Source of the DNA: an uncultured Planctomycetota bacterium
Lineage (GTDB): Bacteria > Planctomycetota > JAJSAM01 > JAKLKS01
Assembly: GCA_964555565.1 (NCBI GenBank)
Contig: CAZKTF010000004.1
Coordinates: forward strand, 1 to 44,828
Direction of reading: 5' to 3'
DNA: 44,828 nucleotides
Shown: positions 27,248 through 34,706 of the stretch, one piece after another
Layout: every line of letters starts with the position of its first letter
How positions within the stretch are numbered: position 1 is the stretch's first letter
The notes under the pieces: model-generated
Told to the model about the DNA's origin: nothing
Databases searched by the model: none
What the model saw: the letters and a program-made list of their open reading frames with translations, nothing else
Made by a program: the position numbers and the translations under genes

Positions 27248-27280
27248 GGCAAAGGCGGGCGGGGTAAACCCCGCCCCTAC
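27248..27280 (-). repeat. 33-nt hairpin repeat, copy Y
   Basis: Reverse complement gtaggggcggggtttaccccgcccgcctttgcc matches 23108-23140 at 30/33. Confidence 0.85.
27257..27276. terminator. GC hairpin in a convergent spacer (GGGCGGGG-TAAA-CCCCGCCC)
   Basis: Perfect 8-bp stem with tetraloop, 27 nt after the sigma-54 regulator stop. No U-tract. Confidence 0.4.
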
Positions 27281-27292
27281 AAGGGCCACGGC

Positions 27293-27340
27293 CGGGCGGG
27301 GTAGACCTCCCCGGGCTCGGCCCGCCACTGGCGGGCCTCG
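27293..27340 (-). repeat. 48-nt hairpin repeat, copy B
   Basis: Its reverse complement equals copy A (18761-18808) except G to A at the position matching 18772, which is in the hairpin loop. Confidence 0.9.
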
Positions 27341-27362
27341 AAACCCCCGGGGACGCCCGCCC

Positions 27363-28346
27363 CTACTTCGATATGGGCAGGTCCTTCCGGATCTCCGCGA
27401 TCCTCCGGTTGACCTCGGTGAGGACCCTCCCGTAGACCTCGCCCCCCGACCCGCGAGAGAGTTCCTCGTAGAGGACTTGGGCCGGGCGGTAGTGCTCCAG
27501 CGCCGCCCTGCGGTGCTTGTTCGCGTCTTCGTTCCCCGGCACGACCAGCCCGAGCTCCGCGTCGCCGAGGCGCTTCTCCTTCCGGGCCTCCGCGAGTTTC
27601 GTGGAGTCCGCGGAGGAGGTCTCCCCCTCGCCGTGCGCCGGGGCGATCCCCCCGATCCCGCCGCGGTCCTCGGCGGCCTCCTCGGCCGCCTCGCCCGCGG
27701 GGAGCTCCTCGAGGATCGCCTCGGAGACCGCCTTGAGGGGGACCGTGCGCGGCTTCTCCTTCTTCTTCCGGTAGGCCGCGGCGACCGCCCTGTCCACGGT
27801 GCCGGTCCCGTCCTGCTTCCGCTCGAAGGCCCGGTCGTAGAGGTAGGGGAGGCGGTGGAGGAGCCCCTGCGCCGCGGCGTACTCGGCGATCTGGAGCCAG
27901 GCGCCGGCCGTGGGGTCGGACACCGCGAGGATCCGGCGGCGCACCTCCGCGTCGTCCTCCGGGGAGTTCCGGGCCTCGGCGGCGTGGGCGCCCTCCGCCA
28001 GCAGGGCGTAGATCCGGGCCCGGTTCGCCCGGGCCTTCAGCCCGGGGACCTCGTTCGGGGGTGCGGCGCCCGCCGCCTCGGTCCAGAGCGACGCGGCCTC
28101 GGAGAAGTTCCCCCGGTCGTAGGCGGAGGAAGCCTCGCGGTCGAGGCCGCGCCAGGGGGCGGGGGCCGGCGCGGCCGGGACCGCCGCCCGGGGGGCGGCC
28201 GCGTGCGGCGGACCCGGGACGTCGGGCACGGTGGAGAAGAAGCCCGTGACGCGCGAGGCGAAGGCCCGCGCCGTGGCGGGGGAACCGGCCCAGACGGCGG
28301 CGGAGGCCACCCCCACCGCCAGCAGGAACGTGAGGAAGGCCTTCAC
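27363..28346 (-). CDS. hypothetical membrane-anchored/secreted protein
   Basis: GTG start, N-terminal anchor KAFLTFLLAVGVASAAVWA, helical repeat-like middle, acidic low-complexity stretch. I recognise no family. Confidence 0.5.
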   Translation of the reverse strand: MKAFLTFLLAVGVASAAVWAGSPATARAFASRVTGFFSTVPDVPGPPHAAAPRAAVPAAPAPAPWRGLDREASSAYDRGNFSEAASLWTEAAGAAPPNEVPGLKARANRARIYALLAEGAHAAEARNSPEDDAEVRRRILAVSDPTAGAWLQIAEYAAAQGLLHRLPYLYDRAFERKQDGTGTVDRAVAAAYRKKKEKPRTVPLKAVSEAILEELPAGEAAEEAAEDRGGIGGIAPAHGEGETSSADSTKLAEARKEKRLGDAELGLVVPGNEDANKHRRAALEHYRPAQVLYEELSRGSGGEVYGRVLTEVNRRIAEIRKDLPISK

Positions 28347-28353
28347 GCGGGGA

Positions 28354-28359
28354 AGTCTA
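28354..28359 (-). promoter_or_regulatory. -10-like box TAGACT, 7 nt upstream of GTG 28346, overlapping the tgt stop codon
   Basis: Minus strand reads gGTAGACTtccccgcGTG. The TAG of the box is the tgt stop (28357-28359). Confidence 0.35.
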
Positions 28360-29514
28360 CCCGCCGCCCGGGGGTCCGGCGAAGGGAGCGGCGCCCCGGT
28401 AGCGCCGCAGCGCGGCGGCGCGGAAGGACCCGTACCCCCCCGCCGCGATCGCCTCGCGCGCCTCCCGGAGGAGGTCCTGGAGGAAGGTCACGTTGTGGAG
28501 GGAGGCGAGGACGGGCCCGAGCATCTCGCCGGTCTGGAACAGGTGGCGGATGGCGCCTCGCGAGAACCCGGTGCAGGCGAGGCAGCGGCAGGCCGGGTCG
28601 ATGGGCGCGCGGTCCCGCGCGTGCCCGGCGTTGCGGAGGTGGAGGACCCCGTCCCGGGTCAGGGCCTGCCCGTTGCGTCCGTTCCGGGTCGGGAGGACGC
28701 AGTCGAACAGGTCCACCCCCTCGGCGACCCCCTCGAGGAGGTCGGCGGGCTCCCCGACCCCCATGAGGTAGCGCGGCCGGTCCCCGGGGAGGACCGCGAG
28801 CGCGGCGCGGACCGCGGGGAGCCTCCCCTCCGCGGGCTCTCCCACGGAGACGCCGCCGACGGCGTAGCCGGGGAGGCCCAGCGCCGCGACCTCCCGCGCG
28901 CAGCGCTCCCGCAGCGCCGGGTAGACGCTCCCCTGCACGATGCCGAACAGGGCCACCTCGGGGCGGGTCCTCGCGGCCACGGCCCGCTCGAGCCAGCGCA
29001 CCGTCCTCCGCACCGACGCCGCGGCCTCCGCCTCGGAGCAGGGCCAGGAGGGACAGTGGTCGAGGGGCATCGCGACGTCGGGGCCGAGGGCCTCGGAGAC
29101 CTCGACGACCCTCTCGGGCGTGAGGCGCACCCGCGTCCCGTCCACCGGGGAGGGGACCTCGACGCCGTCCTCGTCCACGCGCGAGCCGGGGAGCGAGAAC
29201 ACCTGGAACCCGCCGCTGTCCGTGAGGAGGGGGCCGTCCCACCCCATGAGGACGTGGAGGCCCCCGAGCGTCCGCACCGTCTCCTCTCCCGGGCGGAGCA
29301 TCAGGTGGAAGGCGTTGGCGAGGACCATCCGGACCCCCGCCTCCCGGAGCATGGGGGGGGTGAGTCCCTTCACGGTCCCGCGGGTGCCGCAGGGCATGAA
29401 GGCGGGAGTGGGCACCTCCCCGTGGGGGGTGGCGAGGACGCCCGCCCGGGCGGGCGTGCCCCGGTCCACCGCCTCCACCCGGAAGGAGAAGCCCGGCGCC
29501 GCGCTCCCGATCAC
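28357..29514 (-). CDS. tgt: tRNA-guanine transglycosylase (queuine tRNA-ribosyltransferase)
   Basis: TPAFMPCGT, LTDSGGFQVFSL, GIVQGS, GYAVGGVSVGE, Zn site CRCLACTGFSRGAIRHL. GTG 29514 overlaps the upstream stop (GTGA). Confidence 0.9.
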   Translation of the reverse strand: MIGSAAPGFSFRVEAVDRGTPARAGVLATPHGEVPTPAFMPCGTRGTVKGLTPPMLREAGVRMVLANAFHLMLRPGEETVRTLGGLHVLMGWDGPLLTDSGGFQVFSLPGSRVDEDGVEVPSPVDGTRVRLTPERVVEVSEALGPDVAMPLDHCPSWPCSEAEAAASVRRTVRWLERAVAARTRPEVALFGIVQGSVYPALRERCAREVAALGLPGYAVGGVSVGEPAEGRLPAVRAALAVLPGDRPRYLMGVGEPADLLEGVAEGVDLFDCVLPTRNGRNGQALTRDGVLHLRNAGHARDRAPIDPACRCLACTGFSRGAIRHLFQTGEMLGPVLASLHNVTFLQDLLREAREAIAAGGYGSFRAAALRRYRGAAPFAGPPGGG

Positions 29515-30851
29515 CGCCCCCCGCCCGCGGGCCCCTCGGCCCGCACCACCCGGACCCCGGGATAGTAGAACGCGAGGATCTCCTCCGCGCGCTTCCCCGA
29601 GGCGGCTAGCCCGCAGGCGCCCACCTGGCACATCCCCACCCCGTGGCCCCAGCCCCGGCCCGAGAAGCGGAAGCCCGCGGGGCGCGCGGAACCGGCCGGC
29701 TGCGGTTCGACGGAGTCGAGGAGGGTCGATCGCACGCGGTTCACGTCCAGCGCCGCGCGGAGGGAGGCGGCGGGGACCTCCTTCGCGCTGCCCGCGGCCG
29801 TGCGGAGGCGGAGGCGTAACGCCCGCCCGTCCGGGGTGCGGTCCGCGATCTCCACCGCGATCACGGGGGAGCCGAAGCCGGCCGCCTTCCGGACCTCCGT
29901 CTCGGGGACCTCGGCGGTCCACCGGGCGTACTTGGACGCCGCGCAGTGCGGGCAGGCGACCCCGGCGTATTCGGGAGTGGGGGGGACGCCGAACACGGAG
30001 GCCGCCGTCGTGGTCGCGCCGCCGCAGGTGGAGTGGTACCAGTAGCCGGGGAGCGCTCGCCCCCCGGCGTCCACGAGCCGGAGGCCCCGCGTGGACTCGA
30101 CCGCCGCGCGGAGCGTCCGCTCGGCCGCCGCGGGCGGCATCCCGGGGAAGGCCTGGGAGACCTTCGGGTCGTCGGTGAGGTCTTCGAGGTGCGCGAGGGC
30201 GTACTCCCGCGCGAGGATCGCCTGGGCCCGGAGGGCCTCTGCGGGGGACGCCGCGGGGAGTTCCCCGGCGAGGACGCCGACGAGGTAGTCGGCGAGGGGG
30301 AGACGCGTGAAGAGGACCGGCTTCCCGTCCGTCCCGGCCCGCAGCCGGAGCGTCCCGGGATGCCGGGCCCATCGGTGGGACCTGGGGACGCGTCCGCCGG
30401 CAATCGCCTGGAGGTCGGACGGGACGCCGATCTCGAACCCCTGTCCGGAAGAGGGGACGAGGACCGCCTCGGGTGCCGCCAGGGAACGGGCCCCGAGGGC
30501 GAGCGACGGCGCGCCCGGGTCGGGGAGGACGAGGACCTCCTCGTCGAGCCCGGTCCCGAGGGAGAGGATGCCGCGCCCGAGCGGGTCCTCGGCCCGCCAG
30601 GGCCCCGTCACGCGCACGCGGAGGCGGAGATCCTCCCGGGGCGGGCGGAGGCGGACCTCGATGGGGAGCGAGTCCAGAGCGCCGGGGGCGGGGTCGGCTC
30701 CCGCCGGGGGAGGGGCCGGCGGGGGCGCCGGGACCTCGACCGGCCCCGAGGCGGGGGGGGGACGCGCCGGGGCGGAGGCGTCCGCGCAGGCGGCCAGGAC
30801 CGCGAGCAGGGTGGAGCCGGCGGCGGCGGCCCGTCTCCGGGCCGCGTTCAT
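29511..30851 (-). CDS. SpoIID/LytB-domain protein
   Basis: Signal/lipobox-like LLAVLAAC. AQAILAREYAL, YWYHSTCGGATT, and GRGWGHGVGMCQVGA are characteristic of the SpoIID fold. ATG 30851 overlaps the ruvB stop (ATGA). Confidence 0.8.
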   Translation of the reverse strand: MNAARRRAAAAGSTLLAVLAACADASAPARPPPASGPVEVPAPPPAPPPAGADPAPGALDSLPIEVRLRPPREDLRLRVRVTGPWRAEDPLGRGILSLGTGLDEEVLVLPDPGAPSLALGARSLAAPEAVLVPSSGQGFEIGVPSDLQAIAGGRVPRSHRWARHPGTLRLRAGTDGKPVLFTRLPLADYLVGVLAGELPAASPAEALRAQAILAREYALAHLEDLTDDPKVSQAFPGMPPAAAERTLRAAVESTRGLRLVDAGGRALPGYWYHSTCGGATTTAASVFGVPPTPEYAGVACPHCAASKYARWTAEVPETEVRKAAGFGSPVIAVEIADRTPDGRALRLRLRTAAGSAKEVPAASLRAALDVNRVRSTLLDSVEPQPAGSARPAGFRFSGRGWGHGVGMCQVGACGLAASGKRAEEILAFYYPGVRVVRAEGPAGGGR

Positions 30852-31888
30852 CCGAACAGGCCCGCGGCAGCGGCTCCCGCCGGGGGCCGCTCCCCGACCG
30901 CGGCATAGCCGCTCTCCGTGATCATCCGTCCGCGGGGGGTGCGCAGGAGGTAGCCCTGCTGGATGAGGTAGGGCTCGATGACGTCCTCCACGGTGTCCTC
31001 GGCCTCGCCCACGACCAGCGCCACGGTCTTGAGGCCCACGGGCGCGCCGCCGGACCGGACGATGCTCCTGAGGAGGGTCCGGTCGGAGGCGGTGAGGCCG
31101 TTGTCGTCCACCCCGAGGCGGGTGAGCCCCTCCCGGGCCACGGCGGCGGTGATCCGGTTCCCTGCGGTCACCTGGGCGAGGTCCCGGACCCGCTTGAGGA
31201 AGCGGTTGGCGATGCGGGGGGTCCCCCGGCTTCGCGCGGCCAGGAGGTCGGCGGCGTCGGGGTCGAGCCGGGTCTGGATCATGTCCGCCGACCGCAGGAC
31301 GATCTCCCTGAGGTCCTCCGGGGGATACACCTCCAGCCGCTCGCCGATGCCGAAGCGGGAGCGGAAGGGCGCCGAGAGGAGTCCCTCCCGCGTCGTGGCG
31401 GCCACGAGCGTGAAGGGCTGCAGCGTCACCCGCACCGAGCGGGCCGCCGGCCCCGTGTCGATGACGATGTCGATCGCATAATCCTCCATCGCCGCGTACA
31501 GGTACTCCTCCACCACCGGCGTCAGCCGGTGCACCTCGTCGATGAAGAGGACGTCCCCCTTCTGCAGGTTGGTCAGGAGGCCCGCGAGGTCGGCGGCCTT
31601 CGTCAGCGCCGGCCCCGAGGTCAGCCGGAGTTCGCTCCCCATCTCCCGGGCGAGGAGGCAGGCCAGCGTGGTCTTGCCGAGGCCCGGGAGGCCGGAGAGG
31701 AGGACGTGGTCGAGGGGCTCCGCGCGCTGCCGGGCCGCCTCGATGGCCAGCCGGAGGTTGGCGATCACCTGCCGCTGGCCCACGAAGCCGTCGAAGGAGC
31801 GGGGCCTGAGGGCCAGGTCGAGCCCGCGGTCCTCGGCCGCCGCGGCGGGCGAGAACGGCTGCGGTTCCTCGGCGGCCTTGGGGGGCAT
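30848..31888 (-). CDS. ruvB: Holliday junction branch-migration helicase RuvB
   Basis: LRPRSFDGFVGQ, Walker A LSGLPGLGKTTLA, Walker B VLFIDEVHRL, ATTREGLLSAPFRSRFG. GGGGGAGGAG Shine-Dalgarno upstream. Confidence 0.95.
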   Translation of the reverse strand: MPPKAAEEPQPFSPAAAAEDRGLDLALRPRSFDGFVGQRQVIANLRLAIEAARQRAEPLDHVLLSGLPGLGKTTLACLLAREMGSELRLTSGPALTKAADLAGLLTNLQKGDVLFIDEVHRLTPVVEEYLYAAMEDYAIDIVIDTGPAARSVRVTLQPFTLVAATTREGLLSAPFRSRFGIGERLEVYPPEDLREIVLRSADMIQTRLDPDAADLLAARSRGTPRIANRFLKRVRDLAQVTAGNRITAAVAREGLTRLGVDDNGLTASDRTLLRSIVRSGGAPVGLKTVALVVGEAEDTVEDVIEPYLIQQGYLLRTPRGRMITESGYAAVGERPPAGAAAAGLFG

Positions 31889-31938
31889 GGGATCTCCTCC
31901 CCCAAGTATCGGATGGAGAGGGGACAGGGAGGAGGGGG

Positions 31939-32865
31939 CTAGGGCCCGACCGCCCTCGTGGACCCGAACCGGCCCTTCTCGGCGGCGATGGTCCCGCCCT
32001 GCCCGTTGACGGTGGTGAAGGAGAAGGTCCCCCGGACCACGCCGGCCGCCGCGTCCAGTTCCTCGATGGTCAGGGAGCCCCCGGTGAGGCCGTAGAACGA
32101 GCCCGGGCCCGCCCCTGGGCGCGACCAGAACCCCGCGCCCTGTGGTAGGGGGTAGGTCCCCGGCCCCGTGATCCCGGCGAGCACGGTGAAGGTGAGGACC
32201 GTCCCGTCCTCGAGCCGCGTCCCCTGGAGCGTGAAGGTCCCGGGGCCCGGGTCGAACAGGACGTAGGGGGCGCCCGCCCGCCAGATCTCCCCGCCGATGA
32301 CCATCCGGATGAGGTTCCCCCCGCCGTACCCGTCGTGCGTGTCGAGGTAGATCGAGAGCGACCGGAGGGCCTTCGCCGCCCGGAGGTTCCCCTTCGCCCG
32401 GGGCGCCGCCGCGGGGTCCTCGTCGGCCGCGGTGAGGAGGGCCTGGATGCGTCGCGCGCGGGCCTCGGCGGCCCGGCGGACCGGGCCCTCCGGGAACCCC
32501 AGGTAGACGTCCCCCCTCCCCGCGGTCGCGAAGGCTATCTCCCCGGAGAGCCCCGCGTTCATCCCCAGGAGGAGCGGCCCGAGGACCTCGTCCCCGGGAT
32601 AGACCGGTTCCAGGGCCCTCGCCACGGTCGCGGCGTGGACGCAGTCCTCGCGGAGGGACTCCGAGGGGGCGGCGAGCGCCGCGAGGGCCTTCCCGAGGGC
32701 CTTCTTCCTCCGCACCTCCTCCTTCGTCGAGGGGTTCGCCAGCGCGTCGTCCCGCGCCTGGACCTCGTCCCGGAGCCCGTCGAAGTACGGGGTGAAGGGG
32801 AGGGCCCTCGCCGCGACCGGGGCGAGGAGGAGGGCCAGGGCGGGGAGGACGCGCGCCCGGGTCAC
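31939..32865 (-). CDS. secreted hypothetical protein, paralog 2 of a tandem pair
   Basis: Signal RARVLPALALLLAPVAARA, helical N-domain, beta-rich C-domain with GPGTYPL ... GSLTIEELD ... VRGTFSFT ... GRFG. Alignable by eye to the upstream gene. GTG 32865 overlaps its stop (GTGA). Confidence 0.55.
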   Translation of the reverse strand: MTRARVLPALALLLAPVAARALPFTPYFDGLRDEVQARDDALANPSTKEEVRRKKALGKALAALAAPSESLREDCVHAATVARALEPVYPGDEVLGPLLLGMNAGLSGEIAFATAGRGDVYLGFPEGPVRRAAEARARRIQALLTAADEDPAAAPRAKGNLRAAKALRSLSIYLDTHDGYGGGNLIRMVIGGEIWRAGAPYVLFDPGPGTFTLQGTRLEDGTVLTFTVLAGITGPGTYPLPQGAGFWSRPGAGPGSFYGLTGGSLTIEELDAAAGVVRGTFSFTTVNGQGGTIAAEKGRFGSTRAVGP

Positions 32866-33896
32866 GGGGACGCCGTCCGCGGGAGGTCGATCACGGCGAA
32901 CGCCCCGGCAGTCACGGCGTGGGAGACGCCGCCCACGCCGTCGTAGAGCGTGAGGGCGAAGGAGCCCTCCACCCGCCCGAGACCCGGGGTGACGTCGTCC
33001 AGGGTGACAGTCCCGGCGGTCCCCACCCAGGTGGCGGCGCTCCCGTCCTCCAGCTCATCGACCCACGTGGCCGTGACCAGGGCCCCGCTCCCGGTCCCGA
33101 GCGCGTAGGTGCCGGGCGCCAGGTCGGCGCCCGTGGCCGTCATCGAGATCTGGAGCGTGCGGACCTCGCCGGGGACCTTGTCGTCGCCGGACGAGGGGAA
33201 CCACTGGCGACCCGCGACGAGGATCCGGCGCGTCCCGCCGGAGGGGGAGACCCCCAGGATCCCCGAGACCGGGGTCCCGAAGAGCGCGTTGGACTCGAAG
33301 GGAGTCCCGTCCACGGTCGCCGTCATCGTGGAGGTCCCGCCGCCGCCCCCCGTGCCGCCCGAGGTGACCGCCTTCAGCGTCTTCCGGACCCCCTTCTCGG
33401 CCCGCCGGAGGGCCTTCGCCCGGTCTGCGGGATCGACGGCGGCCGCGGCCTCGGCGAGGACGGCGTCCGCCGCCGCCACGCCCGCCTCCCCCCGCTCCTT
33501 CGGCTTTCCCGGGGAGAGGCCCAGCACCACGATGGCCAGGGAGTCCCGCGCGCCCACCACGTCCGCGGCGAGGCCGTCCAGGGTGCCGTCGAGGAGGGCC
33601 GCGAAGGTCGCGTCCCCGGGGAACCCGGCCCCGAGCGCACGGGCCACGGCGATCGCCATCCCCAGATCCCCGGCGAGCGAATCGGAGTCCCGCGCGATGG
33701 CCCGGAAACCCCGCCGGAGCGCCGCCTTCTGCCGCTTCTCCGCGGGGGCGAGGTCGCCCACGAGGGCCCCGTCCCGGTCGTTCATCTCCTGGATGAGGTC
33801 CCCGAACTTCGAGGTGTAGGGATCGGCAGCGGCGCGGGGGGGCGACGCCATCGCGGCGGCGAGCAGGAGGAAGGGGAGGGCGGACGCGGTGCGCAC
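32862..33896 (-). CDS. secreted hypothetical protein, paralog 1 of a tandem pair
   Basis: GTG 33896, signal VRTASALPFLLLAAAMASPPRAAA. Same architecture as paralog 2: SKFGDLIQEMNDRDGAL, AIAVARALGAGFPGD, Gly-rich linker, APGTYALG ... GTVTLDDV ... VEGSFALT ... GAFAV. The upstream 264 codons of ORF 32862-34688 are artefact. Confidence 0.55.
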   Translation of the reverse strand: MRTASALPFLLLAAAMASPPRAAADPYTSKFGDLIQEMNDRDGALVGDLAPAEKRQKAALRRGFRAIARDSDSLAGDLGMAIAVARALGAGFPGDATFAALLDGTLDGLAADVVGARDSLAIVVLGLSPGKPKERGEAGVAAADAVLAEAAAAVDPADRAKALRRAEKGVRKTLKAVTSGGTGGGGGTSTMTATVDGTPFESNALFGTPVSGILGVSPSGGTRRILVAGRQWFPSSGDDKVPGEVRTLQISMTATGADLAPGTYALGTGSGALVTATWVDELEDGSAATWVGTAGTVTLDDVTPGLGRVEGSFALTLYDGVGGVSHAVTAGAFAVIDLPRTASP

Positions 33897-33905
33897 GGAC
33901 CTGCC

Positions 33906-33911
33906 ATTGTA
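33906..33911 (-). promoter_or_regulatory. -10-like box TACAAT, 9 nt upstream of GTG 33896
   Basis: Minus strand reads gcTACAATggcaggtccGTG. Confidence 0.4.
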
Positions 33912-33986
33912 GCCGCAACTCCCGCGGCATCCGGCCGGCTGCGGCGGCCCCGGTCCGACGCGGCGATTCCGACACGGCGGCTTAGA

Positions 33987-34706
33987 ATGGGCCCCCCCTT
34001 GGGCAAGCTCCAGAGGCCGGACCGGATCCGCACCATGTTCGCGGGGATCGCCCCGCGCTACGACCTCCTCAACCACCTCCTCAGCGCCAACCGGGACCGC
34101 GGCTGGAGGCGGGCCACGGTGGAGGCGGGCGGCGCCGGGCCGGGGGACGCGGTCCTCGACGTCTGCACGGGGACCGGGGACCTGGCCTTCGAGTTCGCGC
34201 GGGCGCTGGGCGGGCGGGGCCGCGTCGTGGGGACCGACTTCTGCGAGCCCATGGTGCGGCTCGGGCGGCGCAAGGCCGCGGAGGAGGGGCTGCGCGTGGG
34301 GCTCGGCGTGGCGGACACGCTGCGCCTGCCCTTCCGCGACGGCTCCTTCGCGGTCGCGGCGGCGGGCTTCGGCATCCGCAACGTGGCCGACCTGGCCGCC
34401 GGGGTCCGGGAGATGGCGCGCGTGGTCCGCCCCGGCGGGCGCGTGGTGATCCTCGAGTTCACCCGCCCCTCCAACCCGTTCTTCCGGGTCGTGTACTACG
34501 TCTACTTCCTCCTCCTCCTCCCGCTGCTGGGGAACCTCGTCTCGGGGAGCCGGATGAACGCCTACGGGTACCTCCCCCGGTCGGTCCTCTCCTTCCCGGA
34601 CCGGCACCGGCTCGCCCGGGTGCTGGCGGAGGCGGGGCTCGCCGACGTCCGGGTGCGGGACCTGGGCCTGGGGATCGTCACCGTGCACGTGGGGACGCGC
34701 CCGTGA
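33987..34706 (+). CDS. ubiE: demethylmenaquinone/ubiquinone C-methyltransferase (UbiE/MenG)
   Basis: MFAGIAPRYDLLNHLLS..G....WRR, SAM motif LDVCTGTGDLA, FGIRNV, LKPGG-like VVRPGGRVVILEF. Start uncertain: ATG 33987, in-frame TTG 33999 or ATG 34035. Confidence 0.85.
   Translation: MGPPLGKLQRPDRIRTMFAGIAPRYDLLNHLLSANRDRGWRRATVEAGGAGPGDAVLDVCTGTGDLAFEFARALGGRGRVVGTDFCEPMVRLGRRKAAEEGLRVGLGVADTLRLPFRDGSFAVAAAGFGIRNVADLAAGVREMARVVRPGGRVVILEFTRPSNPFFRVVYYVYFLLLLPLLGNLVSGSRMNAYGYLPRSVLSFPDRHRLARVLAEAGLADVRVRDLGLGIVTVHVGTRP

Noticed and set aside
18761-27340. Interpreting the inverted repeats as the ends of a composite transposon or insertion sequence.
   Set aside because: There is no transposase, integrase or recombinase ORF between or near them, and I could see no target-site duplication. 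The repeats share modules with other short hairpin repeats in the window, which fits a REP-like family better. This is kept as a finding, not called a mobile element.
33983-33988. TAGAAT box overlapping ATG 33987 of ubiE as another leaderless promoter.
   Set aside because: The box overlaps the candidate start instead of preceding it. It would only work with an in-frame TTG at 33999 (10-nt spacing) or ATG 34035. This is too ambiguous to call, so the ubiE start is left uncertain.
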